Source of the DNA: an uncultured Chloroflexia bacterium | GTDB lineage: Bacteria; Chloroflexota; Limnocylindria; Limnocylindrales; CSP1-4 | DNA length: 64,000 bases | NCBI GenBank assembly: GCA_963790915.1 | Contig: CAWBQS010000003.1 | Span: 1,257,554 to 1,321,553, forward strand | Reading direction: 5' to 3' | Part shown: positions 48,922 through 58,051 of the stretch, in pieces | Layout: each line of letters starts with the position of its first letter | Position numbering within the stretch: the stretch's first letter is position 1 | Made by a program: the position numbers and the translations under genes | The notes under the pieces: model-generated | The model's database searches: none | Seen by the model: the letters and a program-made list of their open reading frames with translations, nothing else | What the model was told of the DNA's origin: nothing

Positions 48922-49899
48922 TCACCCCAGGTAGTCCTGGTACCAACCCTCGTTCGGCTCCTCCTGTCGTGCCAGCGGCGAGCGCTCCCGCCAGGGACGC
49001 CCTCGGCGCTCAACGATGTCCACCAGCCGCTGCATGCGCGCGACGCCCTCGCTGGCCAGCCAGGCATCACGTTGCGCGGGTGGCATGACCGCGCCGGCAC
49101 CCCAGACCGAGCGGCCCACGAGCACGCCGGACGCGCCGGCGGCGCAGGCCACCTCGGTCTGCGCCTCGAAGGTCGCGTCGTCCACGCCGGCGGAGAGGAT
49201 GACCCAGGGGATGGCCGTGGCCTCGTCAAGCTCCTCGCAGGCTTCCTGCCAGCGCGTCGTGTCGGTCACGGACGCGTCGTAGGGGAACTCGCACTTGAGG
49301 ATGTCGCCACCCAGGGCCGTCAGTCGGCGAGCCGTACGCACGACCACGTCGCGGCGCTCCTCGCCGCTGAGCTTCGGCGCGTCAGGGTCGATGCCGAAGC
49401 CGAGGGTCTCGAGGAAGAGCGGCAGATCGTGGTCGGCACACGCCTCGGCGACCTCGATGAGGAGCTGCTCCTGGGTCCCCGCGTGGGCGGCGTCCGGGTG
49501 GTAGTAGAGGAGGAGCTTGACGGCGTCAGCACCCATGCGCTTGGCCTGGCGCACGCTCCAGCCGGGGAGCAGGCTGCTGACGCGGTCCGTGGACGGACCG
49601 CTGTAGCCGCTGGCCTCCACGGCCACGATGAGCCCGGCGGCACTGGGCAGGGAGCCGTCGACGATGGCCTGTGCGGCGCCCAGCTCCGGATCGAGGAGGA
49701 TGCCGCTGGCGGTGCCCATGATGGCGCGCACGATGGCTCGCTTCGTCTCCACGAGGTGCTCGTAGGTCACGGCCGCAGGATCGTCCGGGCCGAGCATGTG
49801 GCGCAGGTTGTTCCGGTGGTCAAGGGCCAGGACGGACAGCCGGCCCGTGTCCGACGCGCAGGCATCCAGGCCCCGCAGCGTGCCGATCCTCAAGGTCAT
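48922..49899 (-). CDS. Class I aldolase of the LacD/YihT family (tagatose-1,6-bisphosphate aldolase-like)
   Basis: LSVLALDHRNNLRHMLG resembles the LacD N-terminal AFDQRGAL block, and KLLLYYHPD resembles the LacD Schiff-base Lys region. 325 aa. Confidence 0.55.
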   Translation of the reverse strand: MTLRIGTLRGLDACASDTGRLSVLALDHRNNLRHMLGPDDPAAVTYEHLVETKRAIVRAIMGTASGILLDPELGAAQAIVDGSLPSAAGLIVAVEASGYSGPSTDRVSSLLPGWSVRQAKRMGADAVKLLLYYHPDAAHAGTQEQLLIEVAEACADHDLPLFLETLGFGIDPDAPKLSGEERRDVVVRTARRLTALGGDILKCEFPYDASVTDTTRWQEACEELDEATAIPWVILSAGVDDATFEAQTEVACAAGASGVLVGRSVWGAGAVMPPAQRDAWLASEGVARMQRLVDIVERRGRPWRERSPLARQEEPNEGWYQDYLG

Positions 49900-50000
49900 C
49901 GTTCCCTCCTGCCGGGCGCCGCGGCGCCGCGTGATCGAACCGCCATCCGCCGGGTCCGCTGGGGCTCCCGGCGTAACGCCGATGCTACTATCCCACGAGG

Positions 50001-50014
50001 TCCGGACGTCCGAA
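50001..50014. promoter_or_regulatory. Palindromic element copy 2 (TCCGGACGTCCGAA, one mismatch) 33 bp upstream of the GH4 start, followed by RBS GGAGG
   Basis: Read from the sequence. Confidence 0.5.
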
Positions 50015-50046
50015 CCTCGAACGCGAGAGCAGAGGAGAGCGGAGGC

Positions 50047-51344
50047 ATGACCCGCATCGTGCTCGTCGGAGCCGGCAGCGTGGAGTTCACGCGCAACCTG
50101 CTGGGGGATCTCCTCGCCTACCCGGAGCTCCGGGACTGCACCATCGTGCTGTACGACATCGACGCTGACCGGCTGCGGACCGCGGAGCGCATGGCCGCCT
50201 GGACCGCCGGGGCGATGGGCGCCACACCGCGCATCGAAGCATCCCTCGACCGCCGCGCCGCCCTGGCGGGCGCGGACTTCGTGATCGACACCATCCAGGT
50301 CGGCGGTGCGCGCGCCACCGGGATCGACTTCGCCATCCCCGTCCCGCTACGGGCTGCGCTACACGATCAACGACACCATCAACGTGGGTGGCGTGCTGCG
50401 TGGACTGCGCTCCATCCCGGTCGTGCTGGACATCGTGCGCGACATGGAGGACGTCTGCCCCGAGGCCTGGTTCCTCAACTACACGAACCCCATGGCCATG
50501 CTCGTGCGGGCGGTCTCCGAGCGCTCCTCGATCCGCAGCGTCGGTCTCTGTCACTCGGTGTTCTGGACGATCGACACGCTGGCCGGCTACCTGGGCCTGC
50601 CACGCGAGGAGGTCGACCATGTCTCCGCGGGCGTCAACCACCTGGCCTTCCTGCTGCGCCTCGAGCATCGCGGCCGTGACCTGTACCCCGCCCTGCGCGA
50701 GTTCGTGGCCGCTGGGCGAGTGCCCGGACGACGACCTGGTGCGGGCCGAGCTCTTCCGGCGCCTGGGCTTCTACCCCACCGAATCCTCCGAGCACCACGC
50801 CGAGTACAACCCCTGGTTCATCCCCAAGGGCGATGCCGTGGAGCGCTACCACATCCCCATCGGGGAGTACCTCGACCGCGTGGCCCACAACCTCGAGGAA
50901 TACGCGGAGACCAAGCGGCGGCTGGACGCTGGCGAGCCCTTCGAGATCGAGCAGAGCGGCGAGTACGCGGCGGTCATCGTCCACTCGCTGCTGACGGGCG
51001 AGCCGGCGCGCATCGTGGGCAACGTCATGAACCAGGGCGCGCTCATCAGCAACCTGTCGGCCGACGCCTGCGTCGAGGTGCCCTGCCTGGTGGACGGCAC
51101 CGGCGTGTGGCCGGTGCACGTGGGCGCGCTGCCCGCGCAGTGCGCTGCCTACATCGGCCCGGCCGTGGACACGCAGACCCTCGCCGTGCGGGCGGCGCTG
51201 GACGAGTCGCGCGAGGCCGTCTACCACGCCGTCATGCAGGATCCGCAGGTCCAGGTCCTGCTCGACCTTGACGCGACCTGGCGCATGACCGACGAGCTCA
51301 TCGCCGCCGAAGCGGAGTGGCTGCCGGCCTGGCTGCGCGCCTGA
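50047..51344 (+). pseudogene. Glycoside hydrolase family 4 protein, full N-terminus present, interrupted by two 1-nt frameshifts (about 50340, about 50710)
   Basis: MTRIVLVGAGSVEFT Rossmann start. The three frames join into a complete GH4 (..QVGG..LNYTNP..GLCHS..). The first break is an extra C in a CCC run. Confidence 0.7.
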
Positions 51345-51439
51345 CGCCGCCGAAGCCGAGGGACCGCCAGCGTTGCGCGCCTGAGCGCGCGGGCCGCTGA
51401 TCCCTGCGGCCCGCATTGACAGTCGTGGCACTATGGGAA

Positions 51440-51459
51440 CCGGACGTCCGGACGTCCGG
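51440..51459. promoter_or_regulatory. Palindromic element copy 3: two overlapping copies CCGGACGTCCGGACGTCCGG, about 65 bp upstream of the SBP start
   Basis: Read from the sequence. Flank ...GGATGTCAC matches copy 1 (reverse complement GGATGTCCT). Confidence 0.5.
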
Positions 51460-51525
51460 ATGTCACGCGCGCGGCGCTGCGCCCGCCCCGGGGCGTGGGC
51501 CGCCTTCGGAGGAGGGTCACCGATC

Positions 51526-52815
51526 ATGGCCGTTGCATCCACGTCGCGGCGAGCTGGCCTCGCCATCGCCGGCAGCTGCGCGCTCCTGGCCGGCCTGCTG
51601 GCCGGCGTCCCGGCAGCCGCGCAGGACGCCCAGAGTCGAATCACCTACGCCATCTGGGGTGATCCCGCGGAGCTGTCCAACCAGATCGCTCTCGTCGAGG
51701 CCTTCGAGGCCGAGCATCCCGACATCGACGTCGAGGTCACCGTCTCCGACTGGGACGCCTACTGGACCGCCTTGCAGACGAGCATCGCCGGCGGTGACGC
51801 GCCCGACGTCTTCGCCATGGACGGCCCCCTCTTCCCCGACTACCAGTCGCGTGGGGTGCTCCTCGACCTGGCGCCCTTCATCGAGCGCGACGGCTTCGAC
51901 CTGACGGCCCTCGCGGACGCCGGCGTCGCCCACTTCACCACCGCCGACGGCGGCCAGTACGGCCTGCCCCGAGACCTGAACGTCACGGCCCTCTACTACA
52001 ACAAGGCCATGTTCGACGCCGCCGGGCTGCCCTACCCGGACGAGACCTGGACGTGGGACACGCTGGTCGAAGTCGGCAAGCAGCTGACCCTCGACGCGGA
52101 TGGCAACGGCCAGCCCGAACAGTGGGGCTTCTACACCGAGACGACGGACATGGAGAACTTCTGGTCCGAGCTCGTCTGGCAGAACGGCGGCGAGATCATC
52201 TCCGAGGATCGCACGCAGACCCTGCTCGGTTCGGAAGAGGCCGTGGCTGGCCTGCAGTTCCTCCAGGACCTCATCTGGACGCACAAGATCATGCCCCCGG
52301 CGGACATCGTGCTGCAGCTCGGCGATGCCTTCGAGCAGGGCATGGCGGCCATGGAGTCGAATGGCTCGTGGCTCGTGCCCACCCACCTGAACGCAGGCAT
52401 CGACCTGGGCATCGCGCCGTTGCCGGCCGGTGCGGCCGGGCAGGCCACCAGCGTCAACCCGACAGGCGCCGTGGTATCGGCGACCACCAAGGACCCGGAG
52501 GCTGCCTGGGCCTTCGTCTCCTGGCTCGTGGGTCCTGAGGCCCAGGAGATGCTGATGCGATCGAAGGCCGCCCTGCCCGTCGACAAGTCGGTCCTCGCCG
52601 GCCCGTACAGCACCGCCTTCCCGGGTTCGGACGTCTTCGCCCAGGCGCTCGAGTACGCTCACCTCAAGCCCTCCTTCCGGGGCTACGAGGAGTGGACCGG
52701 GGCGCTCCAGGAGGAGCTCGACACGCAGGTCTTCGACGTCCCCAACAAGACCGCGCGGGAAGCCATCGACACGGTCCTGCCGGCCCTCGACGAGATCCTG
52801 GCCGCCCAGCAGTAA
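51526..52815 (+). CDS. Carbohydrate ABC transporter substrate-binding protein (SBP family 1)
   Basis: Start at MAVASTSRRAGLAIAGSCALLAGLLAG (signal peptide) with GGAGG 7 nt upstream. SBP_bac_1-like body. Confidence 0.8.
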   Translation: MAVASTSRRAGLAIAGSCALLAGLLAGVPAAAQDAQSRITYAIWGDPAELSNQIALVEAFEAEHPDIDVEVTVSDWDAYWTALQTSIAGGDAPDVFAMDGPLFPDYQSRGVLLDLAPFIERDGFDLTALADAGVAHFTTADGGQYGLPRDLNVTALYYNKAMFDAAGLPYPDETWTWDTLVEVGKQLTLDADGNGQPEQWGFYTETTDMENFWSELVWQNGGEIISEDRTQTLLGSEEAVAGLQFLQDLIWTHKIMPPADIVLQLGDAFEQGMAAMESNGSWLVPTHLNAGIDLGIAPLPAGAAGQATSVNPTGAVVSATTKDPEAAWAFVSWLVGPEAQEMLMRSKAALPVDKSVLAGPYSTAFPGSDVFAQALEYAHLKPSFRGYEEWTGALQEELDTQVFDVPNKTAREAIDTVLPALDEILAAQQ

Positions 52816-52848
52816 GCCTGCGGACGACGTTCCGGGGAACCGACAGGC

Positions 52849-53808
52849 ATGCGCATCGCGGGCTCACCGACCGTCGAGGGGGCGACGGCCGGTGAGCGTC
52901 CACCGATGGCTGGGCCCACGGCGGGTCGGGGCGGTCCGCTCGACAACGAGCGCCGCTGGGCCTGGCTGTTCCTGGCGCCGGCCCTCCTGGGGCTGCTCAT
53001 CCTGTCGGCCGGACCGATCCTCGCCACGCTGGCCATCAGCTTCACCGACTGGGACCTGCTGACACCGGCCCGCTGGGTCGGACTCGACAACTTCGCGGCC
53101 CTCATGGAGACGCCGCGCTTCTGGCGGGCGCTGCAGAACACCTTCTTCTACACGCTGCTCTCCGTGCCGCTGGGCATGGCCCTCGCCCTGCTCCTGGCCA
53201 TGGGTCTCGACCAGGCCATCCGGGGCATCGCCTGGATCCGGACGATGTACTTCCTGCCGCTGGTCACGTCCGCGGTCGCCGTGGGGCTGGTGTGGCTGTG
53301 GATCTATGCCCCGGCCGGTGGCCTGCTCAACGTCTTCCTGTCGACCTTCGGGGTGCCGCCGCAGCGCTGGGTGGGCGACCCCTTCTGGGCGATGCCGGCC
53401 ATCATCATCATGAGCGTCTGGCAGGGCCTGGGCGTCAACATCATCATCTTCCTGGCAGGCCTGCAGGCCATCCCGCAGGAGTATCACGACGCCGCCAGCG
53501 TGGATGGCGCGGGTCGCTGGGCGCGCTTCCGGGGCGTGACCCTGCCCCTGCTGACCCCGAGCATCTTCTTCACCGGCATCCTGAGCCTCATCGGCTCCCT
53601 GCAGGTCTTCGACCAGGTCTACGTCCTGGCGCGCCCGGACAAGCCCACCAACGCCACCATCACGCTCGTCTACTTCATCTACGACGAAGGCTTCAGCTTC
53701 TTCCGCATGGGCCGCGCCAGTGCCGCCTCGTGGATCCTCTTCGTCATCGCGTCCGTCCTCACCATCGCCTACTTCCGCCTGCAGCGCCGCTGGGTGCACT
53801 ACCAGTGA
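52849..53808 (+). CDS. Carbohydrate ABC transporter permease (MalF/UgpA-like)
   Basis: EAA motif HDAASVDGAGRWARFRGVTLPLLTPSI. Six TM helices. Confidence 0.8.
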   Translation: MRIAGSPTVEGATAGERPPMAGPTAGRGGPLDNERRWAWLFLAPALLGLLILSAGPILATLAISFTDWDLLTPARWVGLDNFAALMETPRFWRALQNTFFYTLLSVPLGMALALLLAMGLDQAIRGIAWIRTMYFLPLVTSAVAVGLVWLWIYAPAGGLLNVFLSTFGVPPQRWVGDPFWAMPAIIIMSVWQGLGVNIIIFLAGLQAIPQEYHDAASVDGAGRWARFRGVTLPLLTPSIFFTGILSLIGSLQVFDQVYVLARPDKPTNATITLVYFIYDEGFSFFRMGRASAASWILFVIASVLTIAYFRLQRRWVHYQ

Positions 53809-54686
53809 GCAGCCTGGCCGCGGGCCGCCGGCGCCGCCGCCTGCGCACGCTGGGGCTCTACGCCATCCTCATCGTCGGCGGCCTGGTCATGCTGCTGCCC
53901 TTCTTCTGGATGCTGGCCACCTCGCTCAAGACGCGCGCGGAGGTCTTCAGCGCGCCGCTGCTCGCCTTCCCCTCGGGCTTCCACCTCGAGAACTACGGGC
54001 GCATGTGGAATGCGCTGCCCGGCGTCACCTTCGGCGACTTCTTCCTGAACTCGCTGAAGATCGCCACGCTGTCGACCGTCGGCGCCCTGGTGAGCTGCTC
54101 GATGGCCGCCTTCGCGTTCGCCGTGCTGCCCTTCCGCGGCAAGGGCCTGCTCTTCGCCCTGATCATGGCCACGCTCATCATCCCGTTCCAGGTCGTGCTG
54201 GTGCCCAACTTCATCCTGTACCGGACCCTGCCGCACCCCTTCTCCGACAGCGGCAACTGGATCGGCACGCAGGAGCCGCTCTGGGTCGGCGCGTGGCTGG
54301 GCGGCGCCTTCGGCATCTTCCTCATCCGCCAGTTCTTCCTGACCGTGCCGCGCGAGCTGGCCGACGCAGGGCGCGTGGACGGCGCCAGCCCGTGGGGCAT
54401 CTTCCGCTGGATCTACATACCGCTCGCCCGACCCGTGCTGGCCACGCTGGCCATCTTCACCTTCATGTGGAGCTGGAACGACCTGCTCAGCCCGCTCATC
54501 TACCTGCGCGACCTGCCCAGCTACACGACCACCGTGGGACTGGCCTTCTTCCAGGGCCAGCACGTCGGGAAATGGCCGGAGATGATGGCCGGCGCGATGG
54601 TCAGCCTGCTGCCGATGGTGGCGCTCTTCGTCATCGCCCAGCAGTACTTCGTGCGCGGCATCGCCATCAGCGGGCTCAAGGGATGA
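53805..54686 (+). CDS. Carbohydrate ABC transporter permease (MalG-like)
   Basis: GTG start overlaps the upstream stop (GTGA). EAA motif ELADAGRVDGASPWGIFRWIYIPLARPVL. Confidence 0.8.
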   Translation: MSSLAAGRRRRRLRTLGLYAILIVGGLVMLLPFFWMLATSLKTRAEVFSAPLLAFPSGFHLENYGRMWNALPGVTFGDFFLNSLKIATLSTVGALVSCSMAAFAFAVLPFRGKGLLFALIMATLIIPFQVVLVPNFILYRTLPHPFSDSGNWIGTQEPLWVGAWLGGAFGIFLIRQFFLTVPRELADAGRVDGASPWGIFRWIYIPLARPVLATLAIFTFMWSWNDLLSPLIYLRDLPSYTTTVGLAFFQGQHVGKWPEMMAGAMVSLLPMVALFVIAQQYFVRGIAISGLKG

Positions 54687-54712
54687 CGCGCGATCCGGAG
54701 GGGGTGAACCGC

Positions 54713-55438
54713 ATGCACGAGTCGGTCGGCCTGCCGCTGTACCGACGGATCCAGGCCGATCTGCGCGAGCGCATCGTGAGCGGTGGGCTGGCACCGGACG
54801 CCCGCCTGGAGACCGAGCAGGAGCTCATGGCCCACTACGAGGTCAGCCGCGCGACCGTGCGCCAGGCCCTCGCCGGTCTCGTCAACGAGGGTCTCGTGGA
54901 GATCCGCCGCGGCCTGGGCACCTACGTGCGGAGCCTGGCGCTGGAGCACCGCCTGGGCGGCTTCTACAGCTACAGCCGCGAGATCGAGCGGCACGGTCGG
55001 CGGCCCGGCACGAAGGTGCGCAGCCTGCGCCGCGAGCCTGCCGGCGAGCGCGTGGCGGCCATGCTGGAGGTCGAGGTCGGGGACCCCGTCGTCGCGCTCA
55101 GCCGCGTGCGACTTGCCGACGATCAGGCCATCGTGACCGAGACGAGCTACCTTCCCGCAGAGCGCTTCGTCGGCCTGGAGACGCTCGACTTCAGCCAGCG
55201 CAGCCTGTACGAGGCGCTGACGACGGAGTTCGGCGTTCGCCCCGTGCGGGCCCGCGAGGCGTTCGAGCCCGTCCTCCTCGCCAAGTCGGAGGCGGCCGAG
55301 CTGGGCAGCGCACAGGGCGGCCCGGCACTGCGCGTGGAGCGCACGACGTTCGACGCGGAGGGCCGCGTCATCGAGTACTGCCGCAGCACCCTTCGGGCCG
55401 ACCGCTATCACTACTCGGTGGAGCTCGGCGACCGGTGA
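54713..55438 (+). CDS. GntR-family transcriptional regulator, HutC subfamily (UTRA effector domain)
   Basis: LPLYRRIQADLRERIVSG...ELMAHYEVSRATVRQALAGLVNEGLV winged HTH, plus C-terminal UTRA. GGAGGGGG lies 8 nt upstream of the chosen ATG. Confidence 0.8.
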   Translation: MHESVGLPLYRRIQADLRERIVSGGLAPDARLETEQELMAHYEVSRATVRQALAGLVNEGLVEIRRGLGTYVRSLALEHRLGGFYSYSREIERHGRRPGTKVRSLRREPAGERVAAMLEVEVGDPVVALSRVRLADDQAIVTETSYLPAERFVGLETLDFSQRSLYEALTTEFGVRPVRAREAFEPVLLAKSEAAELGSAQGGPALRVERTTFDAEGRVIEYCRSTLRADRYHYSVELGDR

Positions 55439-55490
55439 GCGTCGCCGCGGCCCAGTCCAGCCATCGATCCAGCACACGCAAGGTGACGCC

Positions 55491-56571
55491 ATGACCGTAG
55501 AGCGACCCGCCACCCGGGCCCTTCCCCTGACCAGCGACGCCGTCCGAGAGGCGGTGACCGCCACCACGGCCTGGCGCGAGGCCAGCACGGGAGGGGAGGC
55601 CATCGCGGCCGCCCTGCGCGTGGCGCGTGAGGCGCCCACGGACATCCTCGACACGCTGGCCGGCGCCTCGCAGATCGTCATCACCGGCGCCGGCTCCTCC
55701 TACTACATCGCCCTCGTCGCGGCAGCCGCGCTGCGATCGCACGTGCGGCCTGCCCGCCGTCGCGGCGCCGCTCTCGGAGGTGCTGCTGCGCCCGGACATG
55801 GTGCTCGGGGCGGGCGAGCCCTCACACCAGCCGGTCATCGTCGTGTCCCGTTCGGGCACCACGACGGAGGCCCTGGACGTCATCCGCCTCGTGCAGGACC
55901 GCGGCGGCCCGGCCATCGCGGTGACCTGCCGGCCGGCCAGTCCCATGGCGCAGCAGGCCAGTGCCACGCTGGCCGTGCCCGAGGGTGACGAGACCGCCAT
56001 CGTCATGACGCGCTCGTTCGCCGCGCAGGCGGCGCTGCTCATGCGCCTTGGGGCGCGCCTGGGCGAGCCGGCCTTCGCCGCGGATCTCGACGCGCTGCCG
56101 GACCGCTGGGCGGAGCTGCCACCCTTCATCGAACGTGCCTTCGAGCTCGCCGCGGGCGACCCGACGCGCCTCGTGGTCCTGGGCGGCGGGGCTGCCTTCG
56201 GCCTCGCCAACGAGGTCGTCCTCAAGGCCACGGAGACGAGCCAGGTGCCGGCCTCGGCCTTCCACCCCCTGGAGTTCCGGCACGGGCCCATCTCGGTCTG
56301 CGAGCCGGGCATGCTCGTGGTCGGCATCATCGGCGGCGCGGCGGAGGCGGCGGAGCGACGCGTGGTGGAGGAGTCGGCGGCCCTGGGCGCGACGACCTGG
56401 ATGCTGGGCCCGAACGGGCCCGCTGTCGACCTCGACGAGATCGCCCGGCTGCCGCTCGTGCTGCACGCCCTGCAGGCCCTGGCCCTGGGCATCGCCGTCC
56501 GTCGCGGCCGCGATCCGGAGGTGCCGCGCCACCTGAGCCAGGTCGTGGTCATCGCGGAGCACGAGGGCTGA
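55491..56571 (+). pseudogene. SIS-domain sugar-phosphate isomerase/deaminase (AgaS/GlmS-C/FrlB-like, two SIS domains), 1-nt frameshift about 55745
   Basis: QIVITGAGSSYYIA (SIS 1), VVSRSGTTTE, and a second SIS region VVLGGGAAFGLANEVVLKATE. The frames 55491- and 55627- join at ALRS|TCGLPAVA. Confidence 0.65.
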
Positions 56572-56773
56572 GCGACAGGCCAGCCCGTGGGACGAGCCCG
56601 CGGGACGCGGGGACGGCACGACGCAGGACCGCCCGCCCTTGCCATGACCCTGGTGGCCCGTCATCGTCATCGGCCTGATCGGCCGCTGGCCGGGATCACC
56701 TCGGCTGGCGCCGCCACGGCCGCTGGCCGGGATCCACCTCGGCTGGCGCGGCCCTGCAGATGAAGGAGGAACG

Positions 56774-57235
56774 ATGCGCATCGCGGTCGGCGCAGATGTC
56801 AACGGCGTCGAGATGAAGGACCTCATCAAGCGACATCTGACGGCCCTCGGTCACGAGGTCGTGGACTTCGGTCAGCACAGCGGGGAGGACATCGACTACC
56901 CCGAGACGGCTGAGCCCGTGGCACGCGCGGTGGCCACGGGTGAGGTCGACCGCGGCGTGCTCGTCTGCGGCACGGGCCTGGGCATGGCCATCGTGGCAAA
57001 CAAGGTGCGCGGCGTGCGGGCGGCGCCCGTCTCCGACCCCTACTCGGCGCAGCGGGCCATCATGTCCAACAACGCCAAGGTGCTCTGCCTGGGGCAGTGG
57101 GTCATCGGCATGCGACTGGCGCCGATCCTGGTCGACCACTGGCTGGCGGGCGAGTTCGCCGGCGGCAACTCGGGTCGCAAAGTGGCCAAGATCGAGGCCC
57201 TCGACGCACGTGAACGGCCCCTCGACCCGTCCTGA
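56774..57235 (+). CDS. rpiB: Ribose-5-phosphate isomerase B / galactose-6-phosphate isomerase (RpiB/LacAB family)
   Basis: MRIAVGADVNG...LVCGTGLGMAIVANKVRGVRAA are the RpiB family signatures. 153 aa. Confidence 0.8.
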   Translation: MRIAVGADVNGVEMKDLIKRHLTALGHEVVDFGQHSGEDIDYPETAEPVARAVATGEVDRGVLVCGTGLGMAIVANKVRGVRAAPVSDPYSAQRAIMSNNAKVLCLGQWVIGMRLAPILVDHWLAGEFAGGNSGRKVAKIEALDARERPLDPS

Positions 57236-57470
57236 GCCCCCGAGCCCCGAGCCCCGACGCCTCGGCGCCTCGGCGCTCCTGAGCCCCCCGAGCCCCGACG
57301 TCTAGGCTGACCAGCCACGGAGTAGACGCGACAGTCAGCGCCATGTGAAGAGCGGTGCCGATACCCCATCCTCGTGGTGTTCAACGCCCTGAGCAGGGAG
57401 ACCGGCACCATGCTCGATCCTGACGTCCTCTTCGGGTTCCGCCTGCGGCTCTTCGATCCCGCTCACCTGG

Positions 57471-57606
57471 TCACTTGTCAGCGAGGCCTGTCGGGTCTTC
57501 GGTATCCATCGCTCGACCTACTACCGCTGGAAGGCCATGGTCGACCGCGCCGAGGACGAAGGCCCTAGCCTGCTAGACGCGCCGACCATCCCGGCACGCC
57601 GCATCG
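57471..57606 (+). mobile_element. Remnant of an IS481/IS3-superfamily transposase N-terminal HTH (about 45 codons), no DDE domain
   Basis: Translation SLVSEACRVFGIHRSTYYRWKAMVDRAEDEGPSLLDAPTIPARR matches the CRxFGISRxTxYKWxARxxxxGxxGLxDRSxRP block of IS481-like transposases. It has no in-frame start, and the catalytic domain is replaced by tandem repeats. Confidence 0.4.
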
Positions 57607-57664
57607 CGCCCGTGCCGCGCGCCGGTGCCCGCACGCCTCGCCGCACCTCGGGCCTTGCCGCGCA

Positions 57665-57975
57665 GGCCCACGACCCGGGATCGCGTGGTCGAGCGCGCGT
57701 TTGGCCCCCGTGGACGGTCGCGGCGGATCGGCAGGGCCCGGATCGCGTGGTCGAGCGCGCGTTGGGCCGGGACGGTCGCGGCGGTCATCGCGGCCCGGAC
57801 CGGATCGCGTGGTCGAGCGCGCGTTTGGCCCCCGTGGACGGTCGCGGCGGTCATCGCCCGGGCCCACGACCCGGGATCGCGTGGTCGAGCGCGCGTTTGG
57901 CCCCCGTGGACGGTCGCGGCGGTCATCGGCCGGGCCCACGACCCGGGATCGCGTGGTCGACCGCGCGGTCGGGGG
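57665..57975. repeat. Tandem direct repeat, about 4.5 copies of a 62-70-bp unit (core GATCGCGTGGTCGAGCGCGCGTTTGGCCCCCGTGGACGGTCGCGGCGG)
   Basis: Contiguous, slightly degenerate copies with no unique spacers, so not a CRISPR array. Located in the 816-bp gap after rpiB. Confidence 0.7.
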
Positions 57976-58051
57976 CTGTGGAGGGCCGCGGAGAGCGTGC
58001 CCGGCGGCGCGGAGAGCTGCGCGGCGGCGCGGAGAGCGTCTCAGCCCGGCT

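Noticed and set aside
48847-50046. 5' 400 codons of the 610-aa plus-strand ORF 48847-50679 preceding the GH4 start
   Set aside because: Antisense to the well-supported LacD-like aldolase gene. The GH4 homology and RBS begin at 50047.
57665-57975. Possible CRISPR array
   Set aside because: The repeats are contiguous, 62-70 bp, and the inter-repeat segments are themselves repeated, so there are no unique spacers. No cas genes nearby. Classified as a tandem minisatellite.
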